The translations under genes and the position numbers were made by a program. A stretch of DNA of 58,901 bases, the filler included, from Sanchytrium tribonematis (lineage: Eukaryota): assembly GCA_018985235.1 (NCBI GenBank). It is 8 parts of 8 records of this genome, joined end to end, with 100 filler letters (N's around TTAATTAATTAA, not from the genome) between each part and the next. Parts side by side here need not be neighbours in the genome. Positions count along the whole stretch, not along the records: positions 1 to 7,296 come from JADGIG010000444.1; positions 7,397 to 14,688 come from JADGIG010000445.1; 6 more parts are not named here. The stretch is one strand, 5' to 3'. Shown here one piece after another: positions 1 to 11,072 of this stretch; positions within the stretch are counted from its first letter, which is position 1, and each line of letters begins with the position of its first letter. The notes under the pieces were generated by a model. The model had not been told where the DNA came from, ran no database searches, and worked only from the letters and a program-made list of their open reading frames with translations.

Positions 1-639
1 TAATTGTAATTGCGTATAATGGATAGAAATTTCTTTTTCATTGTAATAGTATTCATGAAGAGATTGTTTGATCAACAGCGACATGACATAGTTGAAGAGC
101 AACATATTGAATTGTAAGCCATCCAGATTTTATACCATGCTTTGAAATCCGATTTCAAGCGATTGCATCATGTGGTTTGGGAATTTATTAAAAATGGGCA
201 AATTGGCGATTTATCTATGTAATCAAGCCCAGTTGTAATTATTGCAATTCATCAGATTGAAAATGATTAAAAATTAGTGGTTGCTTTTTGCAATATCATT
301 TAAATCAAATTTACGGGAGATTCTTTCCAATCAATAATCTCAGACTAAACACATATTTGTTTGTTTAGGGCGTATTCATTAAATAATTTCAATAGTCGAA
401 ACATTTCAATACTCCATGACTTTACTTAGAAGAAATTTAATAGCATACGAAAATTAGATATTGAAATGAATTTTTTTAGCCCCAGTTTCAGAATGGACAG
501 TGAAGATGACATGGATTTTATTTTGAGCTATTTAGAGCATACACTTTTCTAATACAATGTTTACATTCAAATCAACATCAAGCTCAACAAACCAGACCAC
601 CAAGAGGTCCAAAAATCCACAATAGGGTCAGAAAAATGA

Positions 640-745
640 CCCTTTTCAATTTATAAAAGCCGGTATAGCCAATTCAGAATTCAAAAGACTATTTCGGGTA
701 AGCAAGGCTGGTTTTTATTCACTTTGTAGTCAAGACTTTGTTAAA
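640..745 (+). pseudogene. Possible PIF/Harbinger transposase N-terminal remnant
   Basis: Manual translation gives NSEFKRLFRVSKAGFYSLC, resembling the F-x-x-x-FRMS-x-x-x-F-x-x-LC motif of Harbinger transposases; no intact ORF. Confidence 0.3.
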
Positions 746-2039
746 AGTTTTTATTTTCGTAAACTTATATTTTTTCAGTCGAAAACCTTTCATATAGTGC
801 CCATTCAGATTCAAGAGGTATCCTTTAATTGATCCAACATTCTAATTTTTTTGAAAGAAATCAATTACACCAAATGAAAAATCAGATGCTTTTTCTGAGC
901 AAATGCAGGCATATTGCCGGCTTTAAAATGAAATCAATTTATCAATGACTCGTCAGATGACCTCTAGAAATAATATCCTTTTTAGCTCAACTCTCAATCA
1001 GGAATGTGTTATTACGAGATTGAATTGTCTTTCAATGGGCAAAAGTGACTCCTGAGATTATTAAAAACATCCTAAAAGCGTGATAGTTGTCGAAAAATTG
1101 CATTCGGCAAAAGTCACTGGCTTAAGATATTCTATATAGCTTGACAACAATTTATTGCATCATTTGAGCACTTCTGTGTTTGGTAATATTTTCGTTTTGT
1201 TTATCACACCTCTGCCATGAGTGTCCCTTGCATAGCATTCAATCAGGAATTCACTCGCTTTATTAGGATGCTGCAAGACGTCGGTGAGGGCAATCTTGAG
1301 GCTTCATGAGAGTGGTGTGTGGTGAAATATCCTCGATAGCAGAGAAGTTATCGTTAGGGGACTCATTTTTTTAATAAGACCATTAAACATTGGTTTTTTG
1401 AACCCTAAGGTGAGTCCAGACAGCGGTAGAAGGACTGCTGGCTTGATCAATTAGGGATGTAAAAGAAGAGAGCTAAGAGAAAGTGGGTAGTTGGCCTGCA
1501 CGAAACCCGATCTAGATTGAATCTCACCCGCTTTCAAAAAATAAATTTCTGGATTGAATTTTACTTTACAAGTTTCAATCTTTGACTCAGTCCAAAATAA
1601 AGGGATGAAAACTGTCTATCACAACAGCAGCACGTTGTTCTCACGTGCAAATGAGCACATGGGAGGTCAGCAGACCTCAGAAATGAGATATAAAGGGAAA
1701 ACCGTCTGCAATGGCCCTTTATTAGACCAAATAGTATCTGTTACAAATGTGAGATTATACGGAGTGAGTAGGGCAGATGTATTTACAAAGCCGGATTGAA
1801 AAAATACGAGATAACTTGGCAATGGGTATAGGTAGGGAGGATGATCTATTGATACTTTTGCAATCAGCAACATGATACGAAACAATGAGAACTTGGTCAT
1901 GATATCTCTTTTTAAGCAATTCGAGAAATACCGTGGATAGGTCATGGCAAATGGAAAGAGGAATTTTACCACTCCATTTTACAAATGATAAGTGATTGCT
2001 TATCCATGCAGGTGAGCCATTGTAAAGCAACTTGTAGGA

Positions 2040-2217
2040 CATTGACGCATTTAAAATTTAAACAACAACTGGCTTCATTAAAACTAAAAGAAAGCATTCA
2101 TTTGTAAATTATGGTTAATGAACAAAATATGTGTCTAGTTATTGTTTGTATGATGGAAAGATTGGTATTCCATCATGTAAAATTCATTCTGCAATCCATA
2201 AGGAAGAAAATAAATAA
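2040..2217 (+). pseudogene. Possible PiggyBac transposase C-terminal remnant
   Basis: Manual translation LTHLKFKQQLA followed by SSYCLYDGKIGIPSCKIH; similar to LSHGDFREIL plus the Cys-rich tail of the PiggyBac at 57.6-58.9 kb. Confidence 0.3.
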
Positions 2218-2816
2218 GTTAAACTTTTAAGCAATTCATTTTTTGCAAGGGGCTGACCTGAGTGTACGTCGTCGAAGATAATAAAATAGTAAAAGCTTAG
2301 AAGAGCTTGTGTCACATTTGTCAAGGGGGTTTTGGCTACCCCTCATGACACTTTCAAATGAGCAAAAAATGACCATAGTCAACTGCAAGACACTTGATTT
2401 GGAATGGAAACAAATTGGAATTATAGTAAATAGAAAATAGGAAATTTGACGCAGCTTTTTTAAGCAATGCAAATTAATGAAAGATTTGCCACCAGAAAAA
2501 TCATTAAAAACTACAAAATTACTGAATATGCAGGACTGCAATTAATTCATTCCATTACTACCACTCAGAAATTGAAGCACGCTTAGAACAAGATGTATCA
2601 TGTGAAATTATTCGTCAGTATGCCATACGACAGGGATACCATACGGCCGCATAAATTTTAAGTTTCATTTTGAATGTGATCAAAAACCCAAAAACCCCTT
2701 AACAAATGTAAAAAAATAATCATATTTTGCCTAGTTTAAAAGTAGTCAGGTCTGTCTTATAACTGTGAGATAATCTGATACCATATGATCTTTTACAATT
2801 GGATTGGTCATAATAA

Positions 2817-4053
2817 ATGGTAAAAATTAAACCAGTCTTACTAAAAACAATTAATACAACAGACATTTCACAAACTACAGAAACCATTGCAAAAGACATC
2901 AAAAACAAAATGATTGAAATTGGCCCTCATATAGTAACCGGTGTAGTGACAGATAATACCGCATCGATGCTAGCAGCTTGGAAAATACTCGAAAATAAAT
3001 ACCCCAAACTATTCTGTAATGGGTGCGGGGCCCACTGCATGAACTTGTTGGTCAAGGATATTCGCTAATTGGATCGATTTGATGGCACAGTAAATAAAGC
3101 AAGAGACATCACGACGTTTGTCAAGTCAATGGGATAAATTTAATTGATTTGGGCGAGATTAAAAGCAAAGCCGGTCTGAAAACTGTAGCCGAAACAAGAT
3201 GGTACTTGCACCACACTTGTCTTAAAATGTTACTTGACAATGAAAAGGTACTGAAATTATTAAAAGATTCTGATATTGTTAAAAACATGATTGGAAATAA
3301 TAAAAAAAAGAAAGTCAATTTTGAGAAAATTATTGAAGACAATGATTTCTGGATTAAATTAAAAGAAACTGTAGCAATATTAAAGCCCACATCGTCGTAT
3401 ATTGGTAATATTGCTTAATTCAGGGAAATTTGAGTCCGATTTGACCAACTTGTCAGATATTTATTCTTGTTTTGTGAATTTAAAAGACTCTTGAAAAAAT
3501 GAACAAAATATAATTCGTTTGGTGAGTAGCAGGTGGGCTTTTTTACGTACAGAGTCAATGGGATTTGCTTTTTTTAAATCCTCGAACCAAAGCTGGAGAT
3601 AAAATGGAAGGTTCTGACAAGGTTGATACAATTATTCAATTAAGGGAATATATTTTAAATCGTAGAAAAATTGATATATAACCTGCTGATTTGAATTTGG
3701 AAATTAATTTATTCATCAATGACGTTTCTAATCTCTCTGAAAAAATGAAATCATTTTATTATTCATTGGCTCCAAGGTCTTATTGGAATATATTGGGGGC
3801 TAGCAAATTTTCAACTCTATTTATTGTTGCAAAAGCTGTGTATTCTGTCTCTTGTTCACAAGCGGCTAGTGAACGAGTCTGGAGTATCTACAATTTTATA
3901 CATTCAAAGAGAAGAAATAGGCTGAGTGCTGAAAAAACAACCAAGTTAGTATCTATATATGCAAATGCTAATATTGCGCAAAATGAATGTAACATGTTGG
4001 ATGTTATTATGGGCAAGGAAAGCGATTTTGAGGATGAAAACGAAGAAGGATAA
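2817..4053 (+). mobile_element. Decayed hAT-superfamily transposase (stops and frameshifts; one 19-nt intron at 3405-3423)
   Basis: VVTDNTASMLAAW...CGAHCMNLLVKDI (DUF659-like DDE core), ETRW motif, and C-terminal dimerisation motif SQAASERVWSIYNFIHSKRRNRL spread over ORFs 2817-3068, 3149-3418 and 3691-4053. Confidence 0.9.
3405..3423 (+). other. 19-nt GT-AG intron in hAT transposase
   Basis: GTAATATTGCTTAATTCAG; removal joins KPTSSYIG to KFESDLTNLSDIYSCF, a typical hAT helix. Confidence 0.8.
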
Positions 4054-4194
4054 ATAAATGAAAATTGTACCAATGTACGTTACACTGAATGGTACAACGC
4101 AAATCTTTGATATCTGAAATCTATTTTATAAAACAAATTCACCAACATAGGCCTTCGCATTTTCTGTGGTCCAGCAGTTATTCATTTTTCCATT

Positions 4195-4400
4195 TATTCC
4201 TCAGTTTGTTCCGTTTCTTGGATCATTTTTTGATATGATGGCTTTGGTTTGTTGTGTCCATTCGATTTTTTCTCATCCACACATTGCTTTAAAGATTTGC
4301 AATAATCAGATGAATGGTTTCCTTCACCGTGTAACAAGCAAACCATTTTCTTAAAGGTTCTTTGGACTGGCTTTTTTCGAAATGGATTTGGTTTCGTAAA
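4195..4400 (-). pseudogene. Retroelement Gag-like zinc-knuckle remnant
   Basis: Minus-strand translation KMVCLLHGEGNHSSDYCKSLK has C-x2-H-x4-H-x4-C spacing. Confidence 0.35.
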
Positions 4401-4804
4401 TTCACCCTCTTTAGGAATTAATGTGTCATTGGAAGCTTTTGTTTCAGATTTTATTTTTCCCCAATCTTAAATCAATCATACTAAATGTTGCACATTAAGT
4501 CGGTCTCAAAGCCACCAAACTTAAAGCCATTAAGAAGGGGATACTTCAAAAAAAAACGAAGTTATCCCCTGTCTTTTCATTAAATTGCTGGACAGTTGTT
4601 GATGCTGAATAGATTTATTCCTTGTTAATTTTCAGATCATTTTTTTTGTGCCACGCCGAGAAAATAGTTGAATACATGCAAAACCAGACTGGATTGTCAC
4701 TAAGTGAGAAAACTATTAGATTTAAGTTACTCCAAATGGCTTGTTTATAACTAAATTCTGTTGAGCACCAAATTGATCAAAATATCGGAAAAGCAAAGAG
4801 GAAA

Positions 4805-5260
4805 TTGTCCAATTTAGTCAAATCTGGTGTATTTACGAATAATTTCAAGCTTATCCAACTATTACGAGCCATTGAATCCTTTATCATACCGATTGTTGAA
4901 TATGGCATTCAAATCTTTGAGTGCCATGGTGATCTTGCCCATCACGTGAATATGTTTATTAACGAGTCAGCGAGGAAGCTAATTGGTGCCCTATGTAAAC
5001 TGGCAATTTGCATTTCATTCGTGATGGTTGGATATGCAATTAAGACAATTGAATAAGAAACCCATTCAATGTGGAAAAAAGATGCTTTTCTAAAGAGATT
5101 CAAACCTGAATGTCATTCAACATCCCTATATTAAACCCACGAGCAGTGTGGTAGAAAGATGTCTCTCGAGCGAAAACCTAATTCTTATTCGTTTCGTTTT
5201 ACTTCCCCTAGAGCCACTGCATTAATTGCAAGTCGCCCAAATGGAGAATTACTAAAGATT
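4805..5260 (+). pseudogene. Non-LTR (LINE) RT C-terminal remnant
   Basis: ESFIIPIVEYGIQIF resembles the post-RT thumb motif (sfirPxleYg) of LINE ORF2; fragmentary. Confidence 0.45.
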
Positions 5261-5299
5261 TAAAAAAGTTAATACGAAGAAGAGCAATCAAACTTTCAA

Positions 5300-6420
5300 A
5301 ACCTATCAACTTTGTTGGATTTTGTGGAAATTGTTTATTTATTAATGATTATGTAAATGCGAATGTTAAATTTCCACAATTAACCTATTCAATTGGCGCA
5401 AATCTTGAACTCTGTCTAGTCTCAAAACTATCAGTAGATTGCATTCTGGGACTAAATGCCTGGTATGTTAATGGATTGGCAAAATCAAATTTAACTATCA
5501 AAAACATTCCAGACCCTTTTCCGATTTGGTACAAGAAATCAACAGAATTGATGAATACAAAATGAATTTACGAGATGCAAATTATGAGAAATATTCTCCA
5601 ATAAGTATTCTCAAAAACATATCTACTTTTTCTGATCACAATAATCAAATTTATCAACTTTTTGAATCGTCTCAAAGCTTATATGATGGAAATTTAGAAT
5701 GTACCGACGCCTGCAAATCAAATTGTTTTAAAGCATATCAAATTCCACGCAAATTAGAACCTGCAACGGCAATGTGATCTAGATGTGATAGAGAAATTAC
5801 CAATTGGTGGACGGTCAGAGTTTACTTGTGCGTGTTTTCCAATCAGTATCAAGAACGGGCAAATGCTTTTAGTAATTGATTGTAGGCCTATCAATTTAGT
5901 GACTAAAAAACTCACTTATCCAATTCCGTACATTAATTATTTACTTGCTATGTTTATACTAAGATATTTTCTAGTTTGGACTTAATGTCAGGCTATAATC
6001 AAATTTTAATAGACAAATTGCGCCAAAAATACACCTGCATTGCCCTTCTGTGGGGATTGTATAGATTCAAGAGAATGTATCTTAGTCTTTCCAATGCACC
6101 TTGTGTAATTCAAAGTTTGATGAACTCACTTCTGGGTCAATTGAAATATGTAATTGTGAATTTGGATGATGTTTTAATTTTTAGTGAAACAGTTGAACAA
6201 CATATTGTACATCTAAATGAAGTATTCTCAATTCTGAACAAAGCCAGTTTGAAACTAAATAATTCAAATTGCAAATTTTTTCTTACTAAAATTGACTATT
6301 TAGGTCTTGAAGTATCCTCTGAATGTGAAAGTTAAAAGTTTAATGGATATTAATCCACCAACAACTAAAAAGGAATTACAATCATTTCTTGGTTTGGCTA
6401 ATTTACTGAACATACGAATT
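5300..6420 (+). mobile_element. Decayed Ty3/Gypsy pol fragment (protease remnant and RT)
   Basis: LVIDCRPINLVT..YPIP, DLMSGYNQI, GLYRFKRM..LSNAP, VNLDDVLIFS, KCKFF-like NCKFF..IDYLG, then PPTTKKELQSFLGLANF; frameshifted. Confidence 0.9.
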
Positions 6421-6505
6421 TACAACACTTTTACAAACTCGACAGTCCGCGTGTAATTTTTTTTTTAATCATTTATTGTAGCTCTAACTACGACGTCGAT
6501 CTACT

Positions 6506-7202
6506 TCACTTGAAGACCCACGCAGCCATTTCAGACCATGTGGGACCTGGGTTACGGTGGAAACTTACTTTCCGCGGCGATGTAACCCAGAAAAGCGAGA
6601 CAAATAAAATTTCTTTTAGCACATGGTTCTCCAGTTTGTTTCAAGATGTCTTCATTAATTGCAATTTTAATTTCGTTTCTATTCACTATTCTAATACTGT
6701 TACCTCGTTCCCATAAATGGGGGATCACGTGTGGGGGAAATCGATCCAATCCAAGTGGCGCACAGTCCTCTGTCCTGTGGGAAAAGTTGTAAGTGAGTGT
6801 TCCACGACTCCGATAAATGGCCGCTCCCTGACCATCATCAACCAGTATGAATGCAGCTATAGCATGTTGAACATGTGGTGTAAATAAATAACTACTTATT
6901 ATCATTCCAATTGCCAAAAATATTCCAAAATTCACAAGAGTTTCACGGGCAAAACATGGGGATTTTGCATTGAGTTCCATTTTCAATTTGTCTTTCATAT
7001 CTCCCAAAAATCTATAGTAGTGGTGCTTTGTGTTAGTTGCTCTGTTTGTTGTTTCTTTTTCGGTTGCTTTCTTTCTTTGTTCTTCATTTTTCTGTGTTTT
7101 GACCAAAATTTGGTGGAGAAAATATGGAGATTTTGGGGTCAAATCCATTCCCACTTTGTCATTTTGTTGCTTTTTACACTTCATTTTGTCAATTTTCTTC
7201 AT
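6506..7202 (-). CDS. Hypothetical protein with one predicted TM segment; candidate 22-nt intron at 6547-6568
   Basis: 216-aa ORF. Splicing GTAAGTTTCCACCGTAACCCAG gives the C-terminus AAESPTWSEMAAWVFK*, followed by AATAAA. Short internal repeat MDLTPKSPYF / MELNAKSPCF. Confidence 0.45.
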
Positions 7203-7296
7203 TTCTATACATTTATCATTGTTTCCTGTTGTTATTTTGCTTTTCTGTTGTTTTTCGTTTTTTGCTTTTTTGTTGATTTGCCATCCTATTGTATAG

Positions 7297-7396
7297 NNNN
7301 NNNNNNNNNNNNNNNNNNNNNNNNNNNNNNNNNNNNNNNNTTAATTAATTAANNNNNNNNNNNNNNNNNNNNNNNNNNNNNNNNNNNNNNNNNNNN
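7297..7396. other. Artificial contig linker (also 14689-14788, 22080-22179, 29469-29568, 36841-36940, 44206-44305, 51564-51663)
   Basis: Identical 100-nt N/TTAATTAATTAA/N blocks (stops in all six frames); the intervening segments fall steadily from 7296 to 7238 nt. Confidence 0.98.
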
Positions 7397-7857
7397 ATCA
7401 TCAAATTCGTGTGTACTGCATTTAATAGTGCTGGAGATGGTACCACGTTGGTTTTAATACTTAAAGTAACACCTGGTACATTCCTTATAAAGTATATTGA
7501 GACTGCATCATTCTCTTTTACTTTAATTTCACATACTTGGATGCAATTTGATTTTTGACCATTTAAAGTATATTCTACATTGACATTTGATGATAAATTG
7601 ATAGATCCCGCTGTTTGTGCTATCATATTTGTAGTAACATCAAAGATACTCATGCTATTTGGTTGATATTGACTAAAAATGCCTTTATTACTTGGAATAT
7701 CAATAATTGTAGAATATTGTTGATAATCATAATTGAATATGATATTAGATGTATATTTGAGACCATCTGTCATTTTATTTGATGGATATTCAGTGAATAT
7801 GGCATTCCAAGACACTGAATTTTGAAGAGATAACTGTGACATTGTTTGGTACGTCAC
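7397..7857 (-). CDS. Hypothetical protein, 3' end truncated by contig end
   Basis: Open frame running into the linker; no recognisable motif. Confidence 0.55.
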
Positions 7858-7897
7858 ACAAGTGGAATTTCATAAATTTATTGTCTCAAACAATTGG

Positions 7898-8368
7898 TCA
7901 TTTTGGTTCAGGTAGTTTGGTATTAACGTCAGGCGCTCTCACACCGTCGGTGATCGGTGGAGTGCCATCTGATAAAGAAGTAATGGTTTGAGGATCCGTT
8001 GGCAATATTGTGAGTTCGTTAATAACTGGTTGACTTGGTGCATTAGAGATACCACTCATCGCAACTCGAGCCTTATTAGTCGCGTCTTCCATGTTTGAAA
8101 ATGTCGATGAGCTGGTTCGAGCATTTTGAATTTGACTGCTTTCAGATTTATAAACCTCTTGAACCCTCTTCAAAAGTTCTCCATTTGTAGTTGGAGATCC
8201 CAATGCTCGATATAACTCCAAAGCTCTACCGCTGAAAGTATGTGCAATCGCTTCTGGTCTGCCTGTATTTTGTCTGATTTTAATCATAATTTCCTTTATG
8301 TCACCGTCTTCCAACAATCGTGAGGTCTTAGAAGCAAATAATAAAGTGATCCAAATCATGAGTACCAA
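7898..8368 (-). CDS. Small putative secreted protein (start probably MIWITLLFA)
   Basis: Hydrophobic N-terminus, Pro/Thr-rich C-terminus, TATA-like box upstream, AATAAA shortly after stop. Confidence 0.6.
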   Translation of the reverse strand: MVLMIWITLLFASKTSRLLEDGDIKEIMIKIRQNTGRPEAIAHTFSGRALELYRALGSPTTNGELLKRVQEVYKSESSQIQNARTSSSTFSNMEDATNKARVAMSGISNAPSQPVINELTILPTDPQTITSLSDGTPPITDGVRAPDVNTKLPEPK

Positions 8369-8705
8369 GGATCGTGTCGCTTATAAAGCCACTCACAGAC
8401 CTGAACTAATATTAACAGGTCGTTTTTAATTTCGATATATTAGATTCCCAGATCGCACAGAGATCAATGGTAAATCAATTTACAAGTTAAATCATCGTGA
8501 TTAGTGGGTCAAAAGAGCGCCCCTTTTTGCAACAGGCAAATGTTGTCACATTTTAAAATGTTGAATTCATTGGCACAAGGCAAGTCTAATGCGATACTCT
8601 AGTGATACACTAGACTGCAATACACGTGCGATGAGGCATAGAGTGAGAATGAAGAACCACACTGGCATCTTATGGCTGGCATTATTTCGTGAGTAAACCA
8701 AGAAT

Positions 8706-9701
8706 TTATTTGAAGATCATTAAAATGAGGAATAAACCAATGAAACTGAATGATGCACTTGCACTTGAATTACCCTCGAATCCAGTATCAGTACAGATTC
8801 CATTATAAGTAGATTCTTGAAATTCAGTCAAATGATCTGTAACTGTTCCAATTTCTAACATTTTAGAGTATACGGTGGCAAATTGATTATCAAATAAAGA
8901 TCTATCTGATCTAGCAAATACTTCTAGCGAGTCTTGGATATAATTAGCAGAAGTATCTGCTGTATTGGTGCCAATTTGTGTTAAAACACGAGGAAAGAAG
9001 ACCAAATCACTTGGTAATCTTAAAATGGTGGTATTGCCTAATTGACTGGTGAATTGTAAGTTATCTTTTGAGGATTTTACTGGTTGCCAGTCTTGATTTA
9101 AAGATTTGACAATCCAGTCTTTTCCGCTATTAATTTCTGCAAAATCAAAATCACCAAATCCTGAGTGTTCCACTTCTGCAGCTGCTGTTGCTAATCCGTG
9201 ACTTCCAGCTGTTAAAATAGCCATTTCTTGTGGTGTTAATCCATATCTATCTAATACCGGCTTAAATTCTTCTAAAGAATGAAATGTTCCATTTGCGCCT
9301 GTTCCTTGCTCATCTACTCTGACGCATTTTGATCTACCATATCTCCACTTGATCTGGATGCATGGATATGCTGTTTCAATAGCTACTTTACCAGCTAATG
9401 AAATCACATCTCCAAATGTAAATGGCTTCTTTGGGAATTGAGAAATGACGTATTTGTGTAAATTGTTCACATCTTCATCTAAACCTGCATTTTCGGTGAA
9501 ATTCAAGACAGATTTTTCCATTAAGCACCCATGTGGTCCTCCCTCATTCGTGGATGGGTCATAATTGATTAAATCATGAAATGACATTCTGACGAGTGGC
9601 GGGACGAGTTCAGAAGTATCTGTTGCAATATACTTCTTAAGTGAGTCTCTTAGTTGGGTGTAGTCATCATTGGTTAATTGAGTCATTTGAGTCGATTGCA
9701 T
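8706..9701 (-). CDS. Heme peroxidase (non-animal peroxidase superfamily; APX/CcP-like) with C-terminal hydrophobic or GPI-like tail
   Basis: Distal motif LVRMSFHD, GGPHG, TFGDVISLAGKVAI, YGR, proximal EMAILTAGSHG, LPSD, F..VYSKMLEIG. Confidence 0.85.
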   Translation of the reverse strand: MQSTQMTQLTNDDYTQLRDSLKKYIATDTSELVPPLVRMSFHDLINYDPSTNEGGPHGCLMEKSVLNFTENAGLDEDVNNLHKYVISQFPKKPFTFGDVISLAGKVAIETAYPCIQIKWRYGRSKCVRVDEQGTGANGTFHSLEEFKPVLDRYGLTPQEMAILTAGSHGLATAAAEVEHSGFGDFDFAEINSGKDWIVKSLNQDWQPVKSSKDNLQFTSQLGNTTILRLPSDLVFFPRVLTQIGTNTADTSANYIQDSLEVFARSDRSLFDNQFATVYSKMLEIGTVTDHLTEFQESTYNGICTDTGFEGNSSASASFSFIGLFLILMIFK

Positions 9702-9905
9702 TTGATTACAAGGAGATCTTTTATGGCGCTTTGAACCAATCACAGAACTCGGAGAATCTGATAAACCTTGGTAATTCTGGGATTGAAAAACGATGCATCG
9801 ACAATTTAACAGCCTGTCTGAGGCATGTAGAATGCGTCCGTACGTCGATTGTCCCCAATTTTACATCATGATGAATTTATTTTCTTTTGCAGCCCTGAAA
9901 CAAAA

Positions 9906-11006
9906 ATGATATTCAGATATTTTTCGATTCACTCCAAAACTCCCAAAGCAATCCAATTAAAAATAAAAGACAGGATATGCGAGTTCAATTATTCTTGGTT
10001 ACATGATCACCATCCATCTCAAATCCATCCTATCACAAATCAAAAGAATGCGCAGCCAATTCAATTAAATACACCCATTTCGTCCATTATTAACAATCAA
10101 TTGCATCTCAAATGGCCTCATATTGAATATAAATACACTCAAGACTGGTTAATGCAACACCATTACCATTTCCCTCAAAAATCTGATTTATTTCAACCAT
10201 TTAATAAACAATACATCACCAATCCATCTAATATACCATGTGTAGACTATAATGAGTTGATATCTAGTGCTTCTACCGTATATCAATTATTAAAGCATCT
10301 CCATATCCATGGCATTTCATTTATTCAAAATACCCCACCAAATACCCAAGATACTGCCAAAATAGCCACTAGAATATCATTTATAAGACCAACACATTAT
10401 GGAAATGAATGGGAATTCACTTCTGATTACAAATATAAAGACACTGCTTATTCCAATGAATCTTTACCTGTTCACACAGATACCACATATTTTACAAATC
10501 CAATCAGATTGCAATTATTTCATGTATTACAACAAGCTAATGGAGGGGATTCAATCTATTCTGACGGATTTCTAGCATATTCTAAATTATCACCAAAATC
10601 TCAGAATATTTTAACATCCATCAAATTGCCATTTCAGACCAGTGGAGATCAATATATCATTAATTACAATCCCATATTCACTATGAATATTCACAACCAA
10701 CTGCAAATGATAAGATGGAACCCAAATGATCGAGATTTACTAAATCATTTGGTATTTCGACAATTAGAGAAGAGGTCATTAAATATGGATGATTTATACG
10801 GCGCATTGCATGAATATCAATTATTATTGGATAAATTGACTTATCAAGTGAGATTGACTCCTGGAAATGCGATTATTTTGGATAATTATAGAATTTTACA
10901 TGGGAGAACAGAATTTAAAGGAAAGAGGAGCGTATGTGGAGCATATCTAAATGGAGATGATGTTGATAGTCGATTTTACCTTTTACATCAGAAATACCAT
11001 CAATAA
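9906..11006 (+). CDS. Trimethyllysine dioxygenase / gamma-butyrobetaine dioxygenase family (TauD-like)
   Basis: WLHDH N-terminal motif, DTAYSNESLPVHTDTTYF, QLFH, GGDS..SDGF, DNYRILHGR. Confidence 0.9.
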   Translation: MIFRYFSIHSKTPKAIQLKIKDRICEFNYSWLHDHHPSQIHPITNQKNAQPIQLNTPISSIINNQLHLKWPHIEYKYTQDWLMQHHYHFPQKSDLFQPFNKQYITNPSNIPCVDYNELISSASTVYQLLKHLHIHGISFIQNTPPNTQDTAKIATRISFIRPTHYGNEWEFTSDYKYKDTAYSNESLPVHTDTTYFTNPIRLQLFHVLQQANGGDSIYSDGFLAYSKLSPKSQNILTSIKLPFQTSGDQYIINYNPIFTMNIHNQLQMIRWNPNDRDLLNHLVFRQLEKRSLNMDDLYGALHEYQLLLDKLTYQVRLTPGNAIILDNYRILHGRTEFKGKRSVCGAYLNGDDVDSRFYLLHQKYHQ

Positions 11007-11072
11007 AACATATTATTGATTTTTAAAATTGGCTTGATATTTGAAACTAGGTCATCTAAAGTTTATTCAAAG

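Noticed and set aside
759..778. 20-nt GT...AG segment
   Set aside because: Lacks the -6 A and lies in decayed sequence with no verifiable frame
1390..1535. GC-richer stretch with AACCCTAA, TTAGGG and CGAAAC (telomerase-RNA or ribozyme-like words)
   Set aside because: No tandem telomeric array and no complete hammerhead core or supporting helices that I could verify
1554..2541. Short ORFs 1554-1799, 1667-1972, 1755-2042 and 2236-2541, and the many antisense ORFs nested in long genes
   Set aside because: No motifs, overlapping frames and non-ATG starts; most likely spurious or TE debris
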